The notes under the pieces: generated by a model
Seen by the model: the letters and a program-made list of their open reading frames with translations, nothing else
Told to the model about the DNA's origin: nothing
Database searches by the model: none
Translations under genes and position numbers: made by a program
Origin: Tubulanus polymorphus
Taxonomy: Eukaryota > Animalia > Nemertea
DNA: 64,000 nt
NCBI RefSeq assembly: GCF_964204645.1
Contig: NC_134036.1
Coordinates: forward strand, 8,160,812-8,224,811
Direction: 5' to 3'
Shown here: positions 46,460 through 57,523 of the stretch, piece after piece
Layout: every line of letters starts with the position of its first letter
How positions within the stretch are numbered: position 1 is the stretch's first letter

Positions 46460-49400
46460 GGAGTGATTTTTGGTGGGACGACTCATATTCATATCATAGA
46501 TATGACGATGACAGTCCTGTAATCGACGATTATATTTTTAATGATGTTGATGATTATTTTGAGGACGATAGGGATGATATATTCGACATGTCATTTGATC
46601 AGGGCAACATGCTAGCTGACTCATTTTCTCTTTATTTTGAACCTGAGGGGAACTGTAATGTAGATTACTTAGATGAAAATGAACCTATACATTTAAATAA
46701 GTTTATTGATTATCACACTCCTTCATGGGGTGCCGATGACGTTTATGACATTCAGGATCGTAACTTTGGGGACAGCTGGAGGGACAATACCCAGTTGTCG
46801 TTTGATGGAAATTTTTATATGGATCGGGGATCCAATTTTGAGGACAGCTGGATGAATAATTCCCAGTTGTCGGTTACTAGAGAGCCTATAAAAAGACACA
46901 GGAGGGTCACATTTAGCGATCCGGTTGAATTGCAGGAGGTACGTGCGGATATGGCGTGCTCGGGTGACAATATTAGTGTTGATAGGTCACACCCTAGAGG
47001 GGTTAATGGTCCGACGGATTCGGCAGAAGATGACCTTTTTAGAGATAAGAAGTCTCAATTGAATTGTCACGAACGCACTCTTGATCAGTATAAGTACCCG
47101 GTAACTTCCGAATCAGCGGTACAATGTGACCTAGTGTCAGTGGATTTAAGTAATAACAGTTCACGGTCGGAATGTCGTAATGATCATCATGATACGGAGA
47201 CTGTCGTATCGAATGTATCGAATCAGGTGTCAACATCGGAAAATAGTTGTCGGTTATTCGGTAATGAAATGTCCATCGTACGGGACGGAGGTCAGGTTGT
47301 CCCCACGTCTGAACCAATTATGCCAACAAATGACAATGTTGGAATAGGAGATTCGAACTCCGAGTTTCAACCTACTATTCACTGTCAGGAACAACTTCCG
47401 CCTATTACGACGACGTTAGGTGACACGCCAACCAACGACATATGGTCTCTTTCTAGTCAGAATAATCCTGTTGAACAAGAGGTTTATTCCCCGTCGATCA
47501 TGGCAACTGTCGCTAACCGAGTGACAGGTAGCCATTCGGGGACACCATTAAGTATTTTGATCGACACGGGCGCCGAAATATCTGTATTATCGAACGATTA
47601 TTTTACGACTCATCCTCAGATATCAAATGGCCCTTTGCAGGTCGGTCAATTCCAATCTGCCCGTGGGGTAGATGGAACTAAATTTGACCTGAGAGGAGTT
47701 ATTTGTGTGGATTTTGTGTTAGGCAATTTGGAAATTACGCACTCTATGTACGTGGTAGACGGTATCACGTCCGATGTAATTCTTGGAGCTGATTTCTTAG
47801 AACAAAACCAGGCAGTTATTGATTATGCAAGAAAGGCCCTTTTGTTACCAGGGGCCGATGCAATTTACTTCAACAATACTGTCAATTTGGGCAAGTCTTC
47901 GTCCGTCAAGGTTACGCGAATGACTGTCATTCCCCCCTCATGTGAGGTCATCATAGACGGAAAGTACTCGATTGACAGGACACAAGCATCGGTGGCAGTC
48001 TTTGAGCCGGCAAATCAATTAAGGGCACATGATCTTATGAGTGCAAGGTCAGTTGTCGACGTTACGCAATCAGGCATTCCGGTTCGGGTCATGAATCCCA
48101 CATCACGACATGTCACCCTCTATGAGGATATGTGTCTTGGCCACTTATGGACAGATGGGTGGTCACTTGACCAATCCCTGAAGAATGAAGGGAATTCGGG
48201 ACAGCTGACCCGACCTCCAGAGGTGTCTGTCACACATGTGGACTACCCTCAGACATCTGCTGACATTGGGATACCGGAAATAGATATGTCAGACTCGGAC
48301 CTTTCTGTATCACAGAAAGCGGAACTTCTTGAACTAATACGATCGTATCGGGACATTTTTGCACGAACACCGGACGAGCTTGGTAAAACTGACTTAGTCA
48401 AACACGTCATTGACACAGGGGACGCGGCCCCAATTCGGAAAAGGCCTTATAGAGCCTCTCCGGCCATGCAAGAAGTTATTGACACGCATGTCAAACAGAT
48501 GTTAGACATGGGGATAGTACAGCATAGTACTAGCCCATGGGCTGCCCCGGTCGTTCTCGTTCGGAAAAAGAGCCCGGACGGAGATGTCAAGTGGAGATTC
48601 TGTGTTGACTATCGGGGATTGAATGCTGTCACCCGTTCAGACTCTTTTCCCCTGCCTAGAATCGATGATCTCTTGGCTCAGGTTGGTCAAGCGGCACCTA
48701 CATTCTTTAGCTCACTTGATTTTCTGAGTGGCTACTGGCAAGTTGAAGTTGACGAGGCCAGTAGGGATAAGACTGCTTTTATAACACAGTCGTCTCTTTT
48801 GGAATTTAAGGTACTCCCATTTGGTCTGAAATCGGCGCCATCTACCTTTCAGCGGTTGACTGGTGGTCTGCTGAGAGACTTGGTTGGGAAATTTTGTCTA
48901 GTATATTTGGACGATATTATCTGTTACTCGAATTCTTTTGACGGTCATTTAATTCACCTGGCTCAAATTTTCGATCGATTTCGTGAGTCAGGTCTTCGCC
49001 TAAATCCAAAGAAATGTCGGTTTGCTGTCAAAACCATTGACTTCCTTGGGCATCGAATATCTAAGGACGGGATCGCTACTGACCCGGAAAAGGTAGCAGC
49101 CGTACAGGAATGGCCTGTCCCCACGACTTTAAAAGAACTACGAAGTTTTCTGGGGTTCACCAATTATTATCGGCGTTTTTGTAAAGGTTACAGCACTATG
49201 GCGGCCCCCTTACACCAGTTGACTAAGAAAGGCGTGCCGTATAGATGGGACGCTTCTTGTCAACAGGCTTTCGACACCCTTAAGCAAGCGATGCTCGAAG
49301 CCCCAGTATTGGCCTTCCCCATTTATGGGGCATCGCCATTTTTATTATATACTGATGCCTCCGATGAAGGTATCGGCATGGTCCTGGCGCAGGTCCAGGA

Positions 49401-51408
49401 TGGGCAAGAAAGAGCAATTGCATATGCGGGGCGAGGATTGAATAAAGCGGAGAAAAATTATTCTACAACGGACCGTGAACTCTTAGCTGTTGCAGCAGGA
49501 GTCAAAAAGTTTGAACCCTACTTACGGGGATATCATTTCGAGATTATCACAGACCACAGTTGCTTACGGTATCTTCAGACCATGAAAACACTTTCGGGTC
49601 GTGTTGGCCGTATTGCACTCTACTTAGAGCAATTTGACTACTCCATATCGCATCGTCCAGGCAAGGCAAACGGGAACGCCGATGGGCTCTCTCGTCGCCC
49701 GTATCCCATCTCTGATAGTATGGAAGACACTATCGACACGTGTGCTCTCGAGGCTGACAATGAGCGGCCTGTACCCGTCAACATGGGCGAGCTCCAGCGG
49801 TCTGATTTACAATTAGTGTGTCTTATAGACTATTTACTTGATGGTACCTTGCCAGATGATGACAAGGAAGCCCGGAGAATTATCTTGCAGTCAGACTACT
49901 TCTTTGTTGACGATGATGGAGTTCTTTACCATGTGGACTCTAAAAAGAAAATTGAGGCTGATGGGCCTCGTCAGTTGGTCATACCTAAAAGTATGTATGC
50001 GGAAATGTTAGAGGCTGGTCATGATTCAATGACTGGCGGTCACTTGGGTCACAAACGGACCTACGAAACCTTGCGAGCAAGGTATTACTGGCATGGTATG
50101 TATCGAGACGTTGAAAATTGGATTAAATCCTGTAAGGACTGTGCGACTAAGAATCAGCCAGGGAAGCCCATTAGGGCCCCGGTTAACCCCATAGCTGTCA
50201 CAGGGCCGTGGGATAGAGTCTCAATGGATGTATGTGGTCCTTTTCCAACAACGGACTCGGGAAATAAATACATATTGGTCTTTGTCGACTATCTTACAAA
50301 GTGGGTTGAAGCTTTTGCTATGACTAATCAAGAAGCCACGACGGTCGCTACGATCTTTTATGAACAAATCATTTGTCGCCATGGAGCGCCCTCTGTTTTG
50401 CAGAGCGATCGCGGAACAAATTTCCTGAGTAAATTAGTCAGCGAGGTTTCGCGGCTATGTAATACGCCACGGGCACGGTCCAGTGCGTATAGACCACAAA
50501 CTCAGGGACAAGTCGAGCACATGAATCTTGTGATTGTCAAGGCTCTGAGCATGTACTGCAATGAACGCCAAACCGATTGGGACGAATACCTTTACCCCAT
50601 TCTATTTGCATATCGGGTAAGTCCAGCTTCGGATACGTCGCAATACTCGCCATTCTACCTCATGTATGGCCGAGAACCGAGGTTGCCGATGGACGTTGCT
50701 TTACTTAATCCGAGGGACGTTTACTTTGATGCAGGAGGCTTTGTCCAAGCAATGTTGCCAAAGTTAAAAGAGGCCAGGAAGTTGGCCAAGGCTAATATCA
50801 AAAAGGCGCAGGAGAAGATGAAGGAACGTTTCGACAGGACTGCCGTTCCCCCAAATTTCGCAGTAGGTGATCAAGTGTTGCTATTCACTCCAAAGAAAAT
50901 AAAGAGGCTTAGTAAGAAATTGCTTCATCAATGGACGGGCCCTTATCGAATTGTCCGACAGATTTCTCCTGTATCTTTCATTTTGGAGAATGAGAGGAAT
51001 CAAGAGTTGGCCGTCCCAGTACATTGTAATAGAATGAAGCATTTCTTTTCAACGGACATTAGGCCGCTCGAGGACGACATACCTGAGAATCCACCTATTG
51101 ACAGGGAGGACGGGGATCAACCTGAGGAGGCGCCTGTCCTCGCACCGGATGATCCGGGCGATCAAAATCAGCCTGCGAATCCGGTTGAGCCAATCTATTA
51201 CGTAGAACGAGTGATTCGTCACAAAAAAGAGAAAGGCATTCTGAAATATCTTATAAAATGGGTTGGCTATGACGATAATGAGAACACGTTTGAGCCAGCC
51301 GAAAACCTGCCTCCTGAAATCATTCGAGCCTATTGGGATGACCATGCCGCTAAAGTGAAGCGAAAAACTCGTAAAAATAAGAAGAGACGTCGAGAAAGAG
51401 ACGACTAG
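46375..51408 (+). CDS. pol: Pol: acidic spacer, protease, RT, RNase H, integrase, chromodomain
   Basis: LIDTGAEIS; WRFCVDYR, YLDD; LYTDAS, TDH; H-x6-H...CKDC, MDVCGP, SDRG; GPY; YVERVIRH...YLIKWVGYDDNENTFEPAENL. Confidence 0.96.
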   Translation, partial: RPGTSSYGPTRVGSRNEWSTEPSPDSAIRSDFWWDDSYSYHRYDDDSPVIDDYIFNDVDDYFEDDRDDIFDMSFDQGNMLADSFSLYFEPEGNCNVDYLDENEPIHLNKFIDYHTPSWGADDVYDIQDRNFGDSWRDNTQLSFDGNFYMDRGSNFEDSWMNNSQLSVTREPIKRHRRVTFSDPVELQEVRADMACSGDNISVDRSHPRGVNGPTDSAEDDLFRDKKSQLNCHERTLDQYKYPVTSESAVQCDLVSVDLSNNSSRSECRNDHHDTETVVSNVSNQVSTSENSCRLFGNEMSIVRDGGQVVPTSEPIMPTNDNVGIGDSNSEFQPTIHCQEQLPPITTTLGDTPTNDIWSLSSQNNPVEQEVYSPSIMATVANRVTGSHSGTPLSILIDTGAEISVLSNDYFTTHPQISNGPLQVGQFQSARGVDGTKFDLRGVICVDFVLGNLEITHSMYVVDGITSDVILGADFLEQNQAVIDYARKALLLPGADAIYFNNTVNLGKSSSVKVTRMTVIPPSCEVIIDGKYSIDRTQASVAVFEPANQLRAHDLMSARSVVDVTQSGIPVRVMNPTSRHVTLYEDMCLGHLWTDGWSLDQSLKNEGNSGQLTRPPEVSVTHVDYPQTSADIGIPEIDMSDSDLSVSQKAELLELIRSYRDIFARTPDELGKTDLVKHVIDTGDAAPIRKRPYRASPAMQEVIDTHVKQMLDMGIVQHSTSPWAAPVVLVRKKSPDGDVKWRFCVDYRGLNAVTRSDSFPLPRIDDLLAQVGQAAPTFFSSLDFLSGYWQVEVDEASRDKTAFITQSSLLEFKVLPFGLKSAPSTFQRLTGGLLRDLVGKFCLVYLDDIICYSNSFDGHLIHLAQIFDRFRESGLRLNPKKCRFAVKTIDFLGHRISKDGIATDPEKVAAVQEWPVPTTLKELRSFLGFTNYYRRFCKGYSTMAAPLHQLTKKGVPYRWDASCQQAFDTLKQAMLEAPVLAFPIYGASPFLLYTDASDEGIGMVLAQVQDGQERAIAYAGRGLNKAEKNYSTTDRELLAVAAGVKKFEPYLRGYHFEIITDHSCLRYLQTMKTLSGRVGRIALYLEQFDYSISHRPGKANGNADGLSRRPYPISDSMEDTIDTCALEADNERPVPVNMGELQRSDLQLVCLIDYLLDGTLPDDDKEARRIILQSDYFFVDDDGVLYHVDSKKKIEADGPRQLVIPKSMYAEMLEAGHDSMTGGHLGHKRTYETLRARYYWHGMYRDVENWIKSCKDCATKNQPGKPIRAPVNPIAVTGPWDRVSMDVCGPFPTTDSGNKYILVFVDYLTKWVEAFAMTNQEATTVATIFYEQIICRHGAPSVLQSDRGTNFLSKLVSEVSRLCNTPRARSSAYRPQTQGQVEHMNLVIVKALSMYCNERQTDWDEYLYPILFAYRVSPASDTSQYSPFYLMYGREPRLPMDVALLNPRDVYFDAGGFVQAMLPKLKEARKLAKANIKKAQEKMKERFDRTAVPPNFAVGDQVLLFTPKKIKRLSKKLLHQWTGPYRIVRQISPVSFILENERNQELAVPVHCNRMKHFFSTDIRPLEDDIPENPPIDREDGDQPEEAPVLAPDDPGDQNQPANPVEPIYYVERVIRHKKEKGILKYLIKWVGYDDNENTFEPAENLPPEIIRAYWDDHAAKVKRKTRKNKKRRRERDD

Positions 51409-51454
51409 TACGTGGTTTCGAGATTACTGATTCTTGCTATCCCTATTTTTCAGG

Positions 51455-54088
51455 ATGCAAATTGTCGTAATCTTGGTGGCCATATGGTCGTCGGCCTATT
51501 GTCTGATGCCCTCGACGGTCTTGAGGCCAAACTATGGTGTCGCCTTTCATCGGATTGGAGGAGTCCATAATGGCGACAGTGCCTGGTTTCACACGTTCGC
51601 GATACCATGGCTAGTTGTTAATGACCCCCCGAGTAAAGGCTTGCGGCTACGCTGTTCTCTTGTCCAGCCAGAACTTCGTTCTCACTGCTCCGGCTATTTG
51701 GAAATGTTTCGTGAGGCGCATCGCCTACAGTTAGACACGTTGACCCATATCAGGGGACAATTGGCTGATATGAGACAAATGATACCTGATGCTGCAGATA
51801 CCGACTCACGGAAGAAACGACACGCCAGTGGGCGCAGGGTCAAACGTGCACCACTTTCATTTATCGGATCGATTTCGTCTTCCTTGTTCGGTACTGCTAC
51901 CGAAGATGAAGTTCAGCAAGTAGAAAATCACGTCGAAAAAGTAGAAAAAATAGTCAAGTTGAATTCGGATCAAATCACCCACATACAGGGGACACTCTCT
52001 TCATTTATTAACGCGACTGACAAACGAATCAGTAGCCTGACCTCTGCATACGTGGCCAATTCAAAAGAACTTAAATCAATTCGAACGACACTGCTAAAGC
52101 AAAGTGTCGATGCGAGTATGCTAGCATTGGCGTCTGACATGACAATAAGAAATATCATCCTAGTGGAACGACTGACGGCAGTTTCCAGTGAGTGGTTGCA
52201 GGGGGTTGAAAAGTTATTGGAGGGATATTTGCCTAGAGCCCTGGTTAATCCAAAAATGGTTTCGAAGGTTCTTGACGATGTGTCCGAAAAATTGAATAGG
52301 ATGCATTCTGGGTTTTCAATAGCTAATAGGGATGTAGGCTATTATTACATAGTTAAGGATGTGTGCTTTACTAAGACCGATAAATTTGTTTACATATCAA
52401 TCAAAATCCCCTTGCAATCTGGTCAGACATATTTTGATTTATACTCGGTTGTCTTAATGCCAGTGCCAATAAACGCAACGTCCTATAACACTTCAATGAT
52501 TGTTGGTACAGCCCCTTATTTTGGCGCTACTAGGGACGGTAGTTACTACACTGAAATGGGTCACGATATATTTGCTACTTGTTATGGAACCGATGTGATG
52601 ACTTGCCGGCAGCGCGTGTCCATGCGCGAAGCAACCGTAGAATCATGCCTGAGTAGCCTTTTCTTCGATAAACCCTCACAGGTGCTAGCATTATGCCACA
52701 TGCGGTATGAGGTCCAGGGCCTGGCCGAACTGGCAGTCGACGTGGGGGATGGCTACTTTGTTGTTTCTGGCACTGACGATTTTTGGACTCTCGCCTGTCC
52801 TGGCAAGTCACCAAAAGCAATAAAAGCATGTCGTTTTTGTTTGGTAAAAATTGGGTGTGCATGTGCATTGCGTGGATCAAAATTTTTTGTGCCCGGTAGA
52901 ATTAACAAATGTATTAACCAAGACACGGTGACCATTGCGCACGCTGTTAATTTACCAGTCCTACATAGTTTCTTTTCAAAGAATGTAGTGTCCAACGTTA
53001 CTGGAGCAACAATGTTCCAGGGAACGCCATACGCACCGCTGCCTAGTCTGGATTTCAAGGCTAATAACTGGTCAAAAGTGGCTGCGGTGGACACTAAATT
53101 TAGCATGGATTTCAAAAAGTTAGCGAGAACCGTTCAAACTGACGCTAAACTGTACCGATCGCAAGCAGACGCTTTATTTGATCATTCTGAACCTGTTATT
53201 TCGTCTGGAACCGGTACAGGGTGGCTCACTTGGCTCGCTATTGGTCTCTCTGCGGGCAGCATGCTGCTCTCAATATTCGTTTTGCTAAAGTCGCAAGGGT
53301 CCTTATCAATTCTGGGAGCAGGACTTCTTCCGACCGCTGAAGCTATGGTGACTGTTCACCCCGCTATCCATGACCTACAACGAGGTGGCTGGAATAATAC
53401 GGTCATTCGGGAGGTTGTCACAGCCAAGAATGTGCGCGTCGATGTCGTCCTGTTCTTAGTTATTGTAGTAGGTATAGTTATAATTGTGTTCAGACCTTTA
53501 TTGCGTGCTATGTGCTATAGGTGCCGACACTGTTTGCCTGCACCTTGTTCACCGGGAAAATATCCGGTTAGGCTAGCCATAAGGCTTAAGAATGGAATTC
53601 AGACATTGGACTTGCCTCTACTAACATTGTCCGGTTGTGAAACGAGATGTTGTTTCGAGCCTCCAGCTCTTACTAAGGTTGCGTTACGAGTCGTTTGTGG
53701 AGTCGCCCGCTTGAACTTAACCTGGCAGGCTAAGCAACTGACTTGTTCGCAAGGGACGATGTATAATCTGCCGACTTCCTGCTCGGTCCCCATACGAGTA
53801 AGTCTCTTCACAATGAGACAGCTCGTGTCAGTTCCGAGTAAGGTTGTGGTTGTTGCGGTTTATCGGTCGTTTACTACCGAACTACGAGAAGCGACCCAGC
53901 TGACAGTTTCGTCTGTGGAACCCGAGATCGTGGTTATACATGATGAGGCTCGGACTGAGCATGAGCCCGGTATACTGGCACTCACAGCTTCCCCTGGCGG
54001 CGATCTGTCGCCACCAGACTATTCGGTGGGGATTCCCAGGAATTCGCTATTGGCTGATGCCAGTAGGCTGTACCCATATCTGTACTGA
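51455..54088 (+). CDS. env: Env: class I (baculovirus F / errantivirus-like) fusion glycoprotein with extended C-terminus
   Basis: Signal peptide, furin site RVKR followed by fusion peptide APLSFIGSISSSLFG, heptad repeat, Cys-rich ectodomain, two TM segments; splice acceptor ttttcag just before the ATG. Confidence 0.88.
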   Translation: MQIVVILVAIWSSAYCLMPSTVLRPNYGVAFHRIGGVHNGDSAWFHTFAIPWLVVNDPPSKGLRLRCSLVQPELRSHCSGYLEMFREAHRLQLDTLTHIRGQLADMRQMIPDAADTDSRKKRHASGRRVKRAPLSFIGSISSSLFGTATEDEVQQVENHVEKVEKIVKLNSDQITHIQGTLSSFINATDKRISSLTSAYVANSKELKSIRTTLLKQSVDASMLALASDMTIRNIILVERLTAVSSEWLQGVEKLLEGYLPRALVNPKMVSKVLDDVSEKLNRMHSGFSIANRDVGYYYIVKDVCFTKTDKFVYISIKIPLQSGQTYFDLYSVVLMPVPINATSYNTSMIVGTAPYFGATRDGSYYTEMGHDIFATCYGTDVMTCRQRVSMREATVESCLSSLFFDKPSQVLALCHMRYEVQGLAELAVDVGDGYFVVSGTDDFWTLACPGKSPKAIKACRFCLVKIGCACALRGSKFFVPGRINKCINQDTVTIAHAVNLPVLHSFFSKNVVSNVTGATMFQGTPYAPLPSLDFKANNWSKVAAVDTKFSMDFKKLARTVQTDAKLYRSQADALFDHSEPVISSGTGTGWLTWLAIGLSAGSMLLSIFVLLKSQGSLSILGAGLLPTAEAMVTVHPAIHDLQRGGWNNTVIREVVTAKNVRVDVVLFLVIVVGIVIIVFRPLLRAMCYRCRHCLPAPCSPGKYPVRLAIRLKNGIQTLDLPLLTLSGCETRCCFEPPALTKVALRVVCGVARLNLTWQAKQLTCSQGTMYNLPTSCSVPIRVSLFTMRQLVSVPSKVVVVAVYRSFTTELREATQLTVSSVEPEIVVIHDEARTEHEPGILALTASPGGDLSPPDYSVGIPRNSLLADASRLYPYLY

Positions 54089-55561
54089 GGGCAGTATTTG
54101 AAAGCTATTTAAGAATAGCTATTCTGAATAAGGGTGCTCGAATGCCCTCATTGGATTTGACGTAAGTATAATTTAGTCAGTAATAAGGTCAGGATGCATA
54201 TGTCCTGCAAAATTGTCGGAAAGTTGTTATTATATGATGATGAAACACAAATATATTAGGAATAAGTACTATTAAGCCTTTAAGTTATGTGCGATAAAGA
54301 CAACCATAAAATAAACATAGATTATAGGTTTAACTGTCGTGTTATTGGCCTATCGCCGTAATATCAATAATCTCCAGTGTTTATTATCCGTAGTCTGAGT
54401 AGAAGTTGTTAATTGTCAGATAGAAAAGAAAGAGTTATGAAATTTTTATATAATCTCTATGTTTTGTTTTATTGACCTATTCAAGGTACCCGTATCGGAT
54501 GTGTGGAAATGAGACCGTCGAGATATGACAGCACTTTGATGGAAGAATGCCTTCTTCTGTCAACCGCAATAGATGTCGACGGGTACCCCCCTGATAGTGA
54601 CCATATGGAGATGGGGACTTGTTGGGAGGTATCCTGAAACTCTATTCGACGCAACTGATAGTTTGAAAAACCAGCAACTGGTATGCTCTGGCCGAGATGG
54701 GTGATATTAATTCACCGATTCGTCAATTAACGAGGAAATATACAGCCTACAACAACGATCTAGGGCGTTGCCGTTTCAACGGGATGGAATCATGCTCGAT
54801 GATAAGTCATGCGATTCTGGCCATTATTAGTGGTGTTTGTCACTCTCGAAGACCTGTTATATACTCACAAACTTAAGTGATGAAGGGTGGAAAAGACACC
54901 TGGCCAATGCGATACGAAATATGAAGAAAAGTGATAATTTCCATAGACATTTTAGCGGAGTAAAGCCGAGTGTGTTCAGGATGGCTCCCGTGTAGTTACA
55001 TTAACATTCGATGGAATGTTGTTCGCTCAAGCCGTAAGATGCGAATACATTACTGTTCCGTTTCTATATTAACTGTGGAGAAAAGACTCCGATATAGTAA
55101 CCGTAGTACTATAGCGTCTATGAATAGCGAGCAAGTATTCAGCTGAACATAAATGCGTTTTGCCGTACTATCAACGTAGCAGTACGCGCTTCGAGGAACT
55201 GCGGTGGATGACGTCATTCGTCCGTCCATGACGTACCTTGTTGTGTCTGGTAGCTATTGCGTCACTTCGCGGTAAATTCTAAAACTCAAACTGTGAACTG
55301 TTTTGTGCTTAGCTTTCGACTGTTTATTGTGCGGGGACAGCGGTCTCGAATGAACTTTTTTCCGATTGGGTATCCAGAACTTTAAATGCGGTTTTATGAT
55401 AAACTGTATCCTGAACTTTAATACGCGGTTGTTGTGTTGAACTTTAAACAGTTACTCGTTGCATGGATTGTTTTTTTTTTTTTTTTTTTGCAATTGATGT
55501 TCTTTTTCAGGATCTGTCTAGGGAAGTTTCAGCGCGATTTTCATGAGTCAGTCTAAATTCA

Positions 55562-55598
55562 AAATTTCGGGACGAAATTTAAACTGGATAGGGAGTGA
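55562..55598 (+). promoter_or_regulatory. Palindrome AAATTTCGGGACGAAATTT plus polypurine tract
   Basis: Directly upstream of the 3' LTR; purine-rich ggatagggagtga abuts the TG. Confidence 0.75.
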
Positions 55599-56863
55599 TG
55601 ATCCGCAGCAAGATTCCGTAGTAACTAAAGAATGTTCGTAATGATGGTTTTTGTTTACGTTGGTGGTTTCTTTATGGGTATCAGACAGCAAACGATGTGT
55701 GCAAGTTGTTGTTTGATGCTTTGATCTACCAGCGCTGACAATAAATCAGCCAGGGGTAAAAATAATTCTTCCTCGGTTCTTGTGCGTCGATATCTGGCAA
55801 ACATTCAGAATTATTTTTAAAAACTTAAGGATAGACGTAATTGGTTGGGTCGGAACGATGAGGTGCTTTGATAGTGTGGTTTGTGTAGGGATCTCGCTGT
55901 TACTTCTTGATACTCCCGACTACTTTCTATAAAAGGAAGAACCGGAAGTATAGGGAGACATGGTTGTTTTGCTTTATCCTGTAGTATTATAGAGTTAGTT
56001 AAATTATAAATGAAAATTGGTATAATAAGTATAGAATGATTTTAGATTTGATAATTAATTACATTGTATTTCTGAATCAAAAGTTTACTATTGTTGATTG
56101 GAAAAAGAAACGATGAGTTTGTTCCATAATCTAGGTGAAAACTAAGTTTTGAAAATATATCTAAATTAAGTATCCTGGATGTTAATTAAGGACAAGACCT
56201 TTATAATCGCTTAAGTTTTATGGAAGGTTAATTGTGGCAAATATCAATACTAGCTCTCTAAGGTTTCTGTTGGTGTACATGTCTGTTGGTAACTCGTAGA
56301 GAATAGCTGCTCTCTCAACGATGATGAGTAGGGAGTGAGTAAATCAAAGCGCGTTATGACAGGAGGGTTGGAAAGAAAAGTTACTTTGGCAAATCAGTTT
56401 CTCAAATAATTTTAGATTAGCAAATCATTAAGGCTAATTCTACATGTCCAAAACCGTCATGACAGCTAGGTTGCTGCTCCTTGCCAAAAGTCAAACGGGA
56501 GAGTCGGCATTCTAGGAATGTCGATCTTTTCTATAAAAAAGGCCCGCAGTCTTGAGAAAGCAGACTTACCAGGGACGCTCGTTAGAGATACTTGAGGTTT
56601 GGGTGGAAATACCAGAATAAAGACGGGTTACCAACAGTAGTGTACAATAGGAATTTGGAGTTACGAATTGGACTGTGTACTATCTGGAGTTATTACTATC
56701 ATCAAGGTAAATAAAATCTATATTATTATTATTATATTCAATCAGAATTTCGGCATTTTAGTTTGATTATTTGGGTTTGTGCACGGACACGTTCTCTCGC
56801 CAGGGACCGATCTTTACGTTTTTATATTCAACGATTAAGGAGAGGATTGTGACCGGTGTATCA
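55599..56863 (+). repeat. 3' LTR (1265 bp)
   Basis: Near-identical direct repeat of 41834-43098. Confidence 0.97.
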
Positions 56864-57523
56864 ATATGTTCCCAGTGTGGAACTATACTCACGTACCGGT
56901 ATAGAATATAAATGATTCTCGTGAAATAAAATACCTGTTGTTTGTATTTGAATGTATTGTCACCGTCATCGTTAATTATTGTTCATGATGCAGGACTCAA
57001 GCTTACTTCCGGTACTTCCAAAACTAACCGAAAACAAACCATAATGGATCAATCCAAAATGGGCCAGATGAGATTATACCATGAACCCAGGTTTATCTAA
57101 TGCACTATGAAGTATCAACACGATCCTGTGATATTTCCTTCGTTGGTTAAAAAAAAAAAATTATTGTCGCTAATATGGTTTTTGGGATTATCAAAAATTG
57201 AATAGTAATGGAATTGGTCAGCGACTGCCTGATGTCATACGTATTCATATTTTTACCAAACTCGTTCAAATCTAAATACCTCACGTGAACACCATAACAT
57301 AATTGACAAATACATCGACCGGTTTGTATAGTTTGAAAGAGTTATTTATTACAAGAATAAACCCACTCACAGGCACTCGCCGATGGGCTTGGGATACAGT
57401 TGCTGGGGTTTTTGATAGTGTATCTGTGTTTTGAGTGGTTATTCTGCAATAAATCCGAGAAGAAATGTCTTGGTACTGATACGTTTAAAAAGATAATGGC
57501 CGCTGGCTCCACACACACACGGC

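Larger units (their letters stand above)
41834..56863 (+). mobile_element. Full-length env-bearing Ty3/gypsy (Metaviridae) LTR retroelement, 15,030 bp
   Basis: TG...CA LTRs, ATAT TSD (41830-41833 and 56864-56867), PBS, gag, PR-RT-RH-IN order, env, PPT. Confidence 0.97.

Noticed and set aside
43173-53811. Antisense and alternate-frame ORFs within the retroelement (e.g. 43173-43628, 51049-51345, 52753-53115)
   Set aside because: Shadow ORFs of long coding or repeated sequence with no recognisable motifs.
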